From positions 248,001-312,000 of the forward strand of contig NIVC01001280.1 of NCBI GenBank assembly GCA_002269645.1: a stretch of 64,000 nt of DNA, read 5' to 3'. Position 1 is the stretch's first letter. Each line of letters starts with the position of its first letter. A model generated the notes under the pieces. The model did not search any database. It was given only the letters and a program-made list of their open reading frames with translations, and was not told the origin of the DNA. The DNA is from Macrostomum lignano. Its lineage: Eukaryota. The translations under genes and the position numbers were made by a program. This document shows positions 63,211-64,000 of the stretch, piece by piece.

Positions 63211-64000
63211 TGACTGATTGAAGATGCCAAATCTATCAAGATCTTCTCCGCGAAGCAGAAATCCTGTCCGTACAACTGAAAACTATCGAAATCCTCTCCG
63301 TGAAACTGGACTCCTTCGAAATCCTCTCCTTGAAACTTAAATCCATCAAAATGGTCTCCATAAAACAGAAATCAATCATAAATTATCTCCGCGAAACAGA
63401 AATCCTCTCCGTGAAGCTGAACATCATCGAAATCCTCTCCGTGAAACTGAACATCATCGAAATCCTTTCCACGAAACTGAACACCATCGAAATCCTCTCC
63501 ACGAAACAGAAATCCTCTCCGTCAGAATTAAAACATTGAAATCTTCTCCGCTAAACTTGACTTAATCGAATTTTTTTGAGTCAAACAACTAAGCTCTCCG
63601 GATTCATTGGTTAGGGTTAGGGTTAGGGTTAGAACTACGCACAGCTTCGTGTTAAAAGGCACTGATAAAAATATTTAACTAATTGAATCAATTCATTGCG
63701 CAACCGATTTCACAGTCAGTCAGTCAGTATCAGTCTCAGTTAAAGATAACAAAAACATTGCGCAATCTAAATCAACCCTCCAATACACAGCAGCAGTGAG
63801 AAGTTGAACCCTCCCCCCAACTTTATCTATTACGTCTCGCAAAACTGATTACAATTTTTGCAAAAAGTTAAAAGTATGGAAATAGTTTTCCCAATGCAAA
63901 GCTTTCAGTTTTCATATATAAAACAAACAACTTATATCCCAGAACTCAGCGTTGCAAGATCTTTCCAGCAATATAAGTCTCTCCTCTCAAAGTTAAAAAC

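Larger units (their letters stand above)
56440..64000 (-). mobile_element. Head-to-tail tandem array of non-autonomous Helitron-like units
   Basis: Junctions at 56671, 58242, 59878 and 62081. On the minus strand each unit starts with (T)ATACTAAA followed by a GTCTG/GTGT microsatellite and ends with a 7-bp hairpin (CTCCTCC-GAA-GGAGGAG) plus CTCG. Units are 1571, 1636, 2203 and >1920 bp. Confidence 0.7.

Noticed and set aside
59837-63213. Long Leu/Ser-rich ORFs (59837-60463, 62174-62908, 62764-63213)
   Set aside because: Artefacts of CT-rich low-complexity DNA lacking stop codons.
57219-63632. TTAGGG runs as a true telomere or healed break
   Set aside because: Only 2-5 units, embedded at a fixed position in a repeat unit with sequence continuing on both sides.

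Overview
Eukaryotic, TE-rich metazoan genomic DNA with short GT-AG introns and TTAGGG tracts. It is consistent with an invertebrate such as a flatworm, but I could not verify the organism. Six host genes are supported. They are a calmodulin/centrin-like EF-hand gene (-), CLPTM1, ATP5MK/DAPIT, an intronless LanC-like gene, a SAXO/FAM154-type gene (-), and the 5' part of RPGRIP1L, which has an apparent 1-nt frameshift. Most of the remainder is nested mobile DNA. It includes a near-complete P-element (THAP transposase, ~150-bp TIRs, 8-bp TSD), an internally deleted P-element, and several 8-bp-TSD MITEs, among them a 43-bp micro-element. It also includes four Crypton-type tyrosine-recombinase relics (two in tandem with the same intron), IS630-Tc1-type elements, RNase H-bearing LINE fragments, RTE LINEs (one 5'-inverted), hAT MITEs, a foldback element, LTR-like pieces and a head-to-tail array of non-autonomous Helitron-like units with interstitial TTAGGG. 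There is no prokaryotic system, CRISPR array or RNA gene that I can support. The most interesting signals are transposon-level. All calls come from manual reading, with no database searches.
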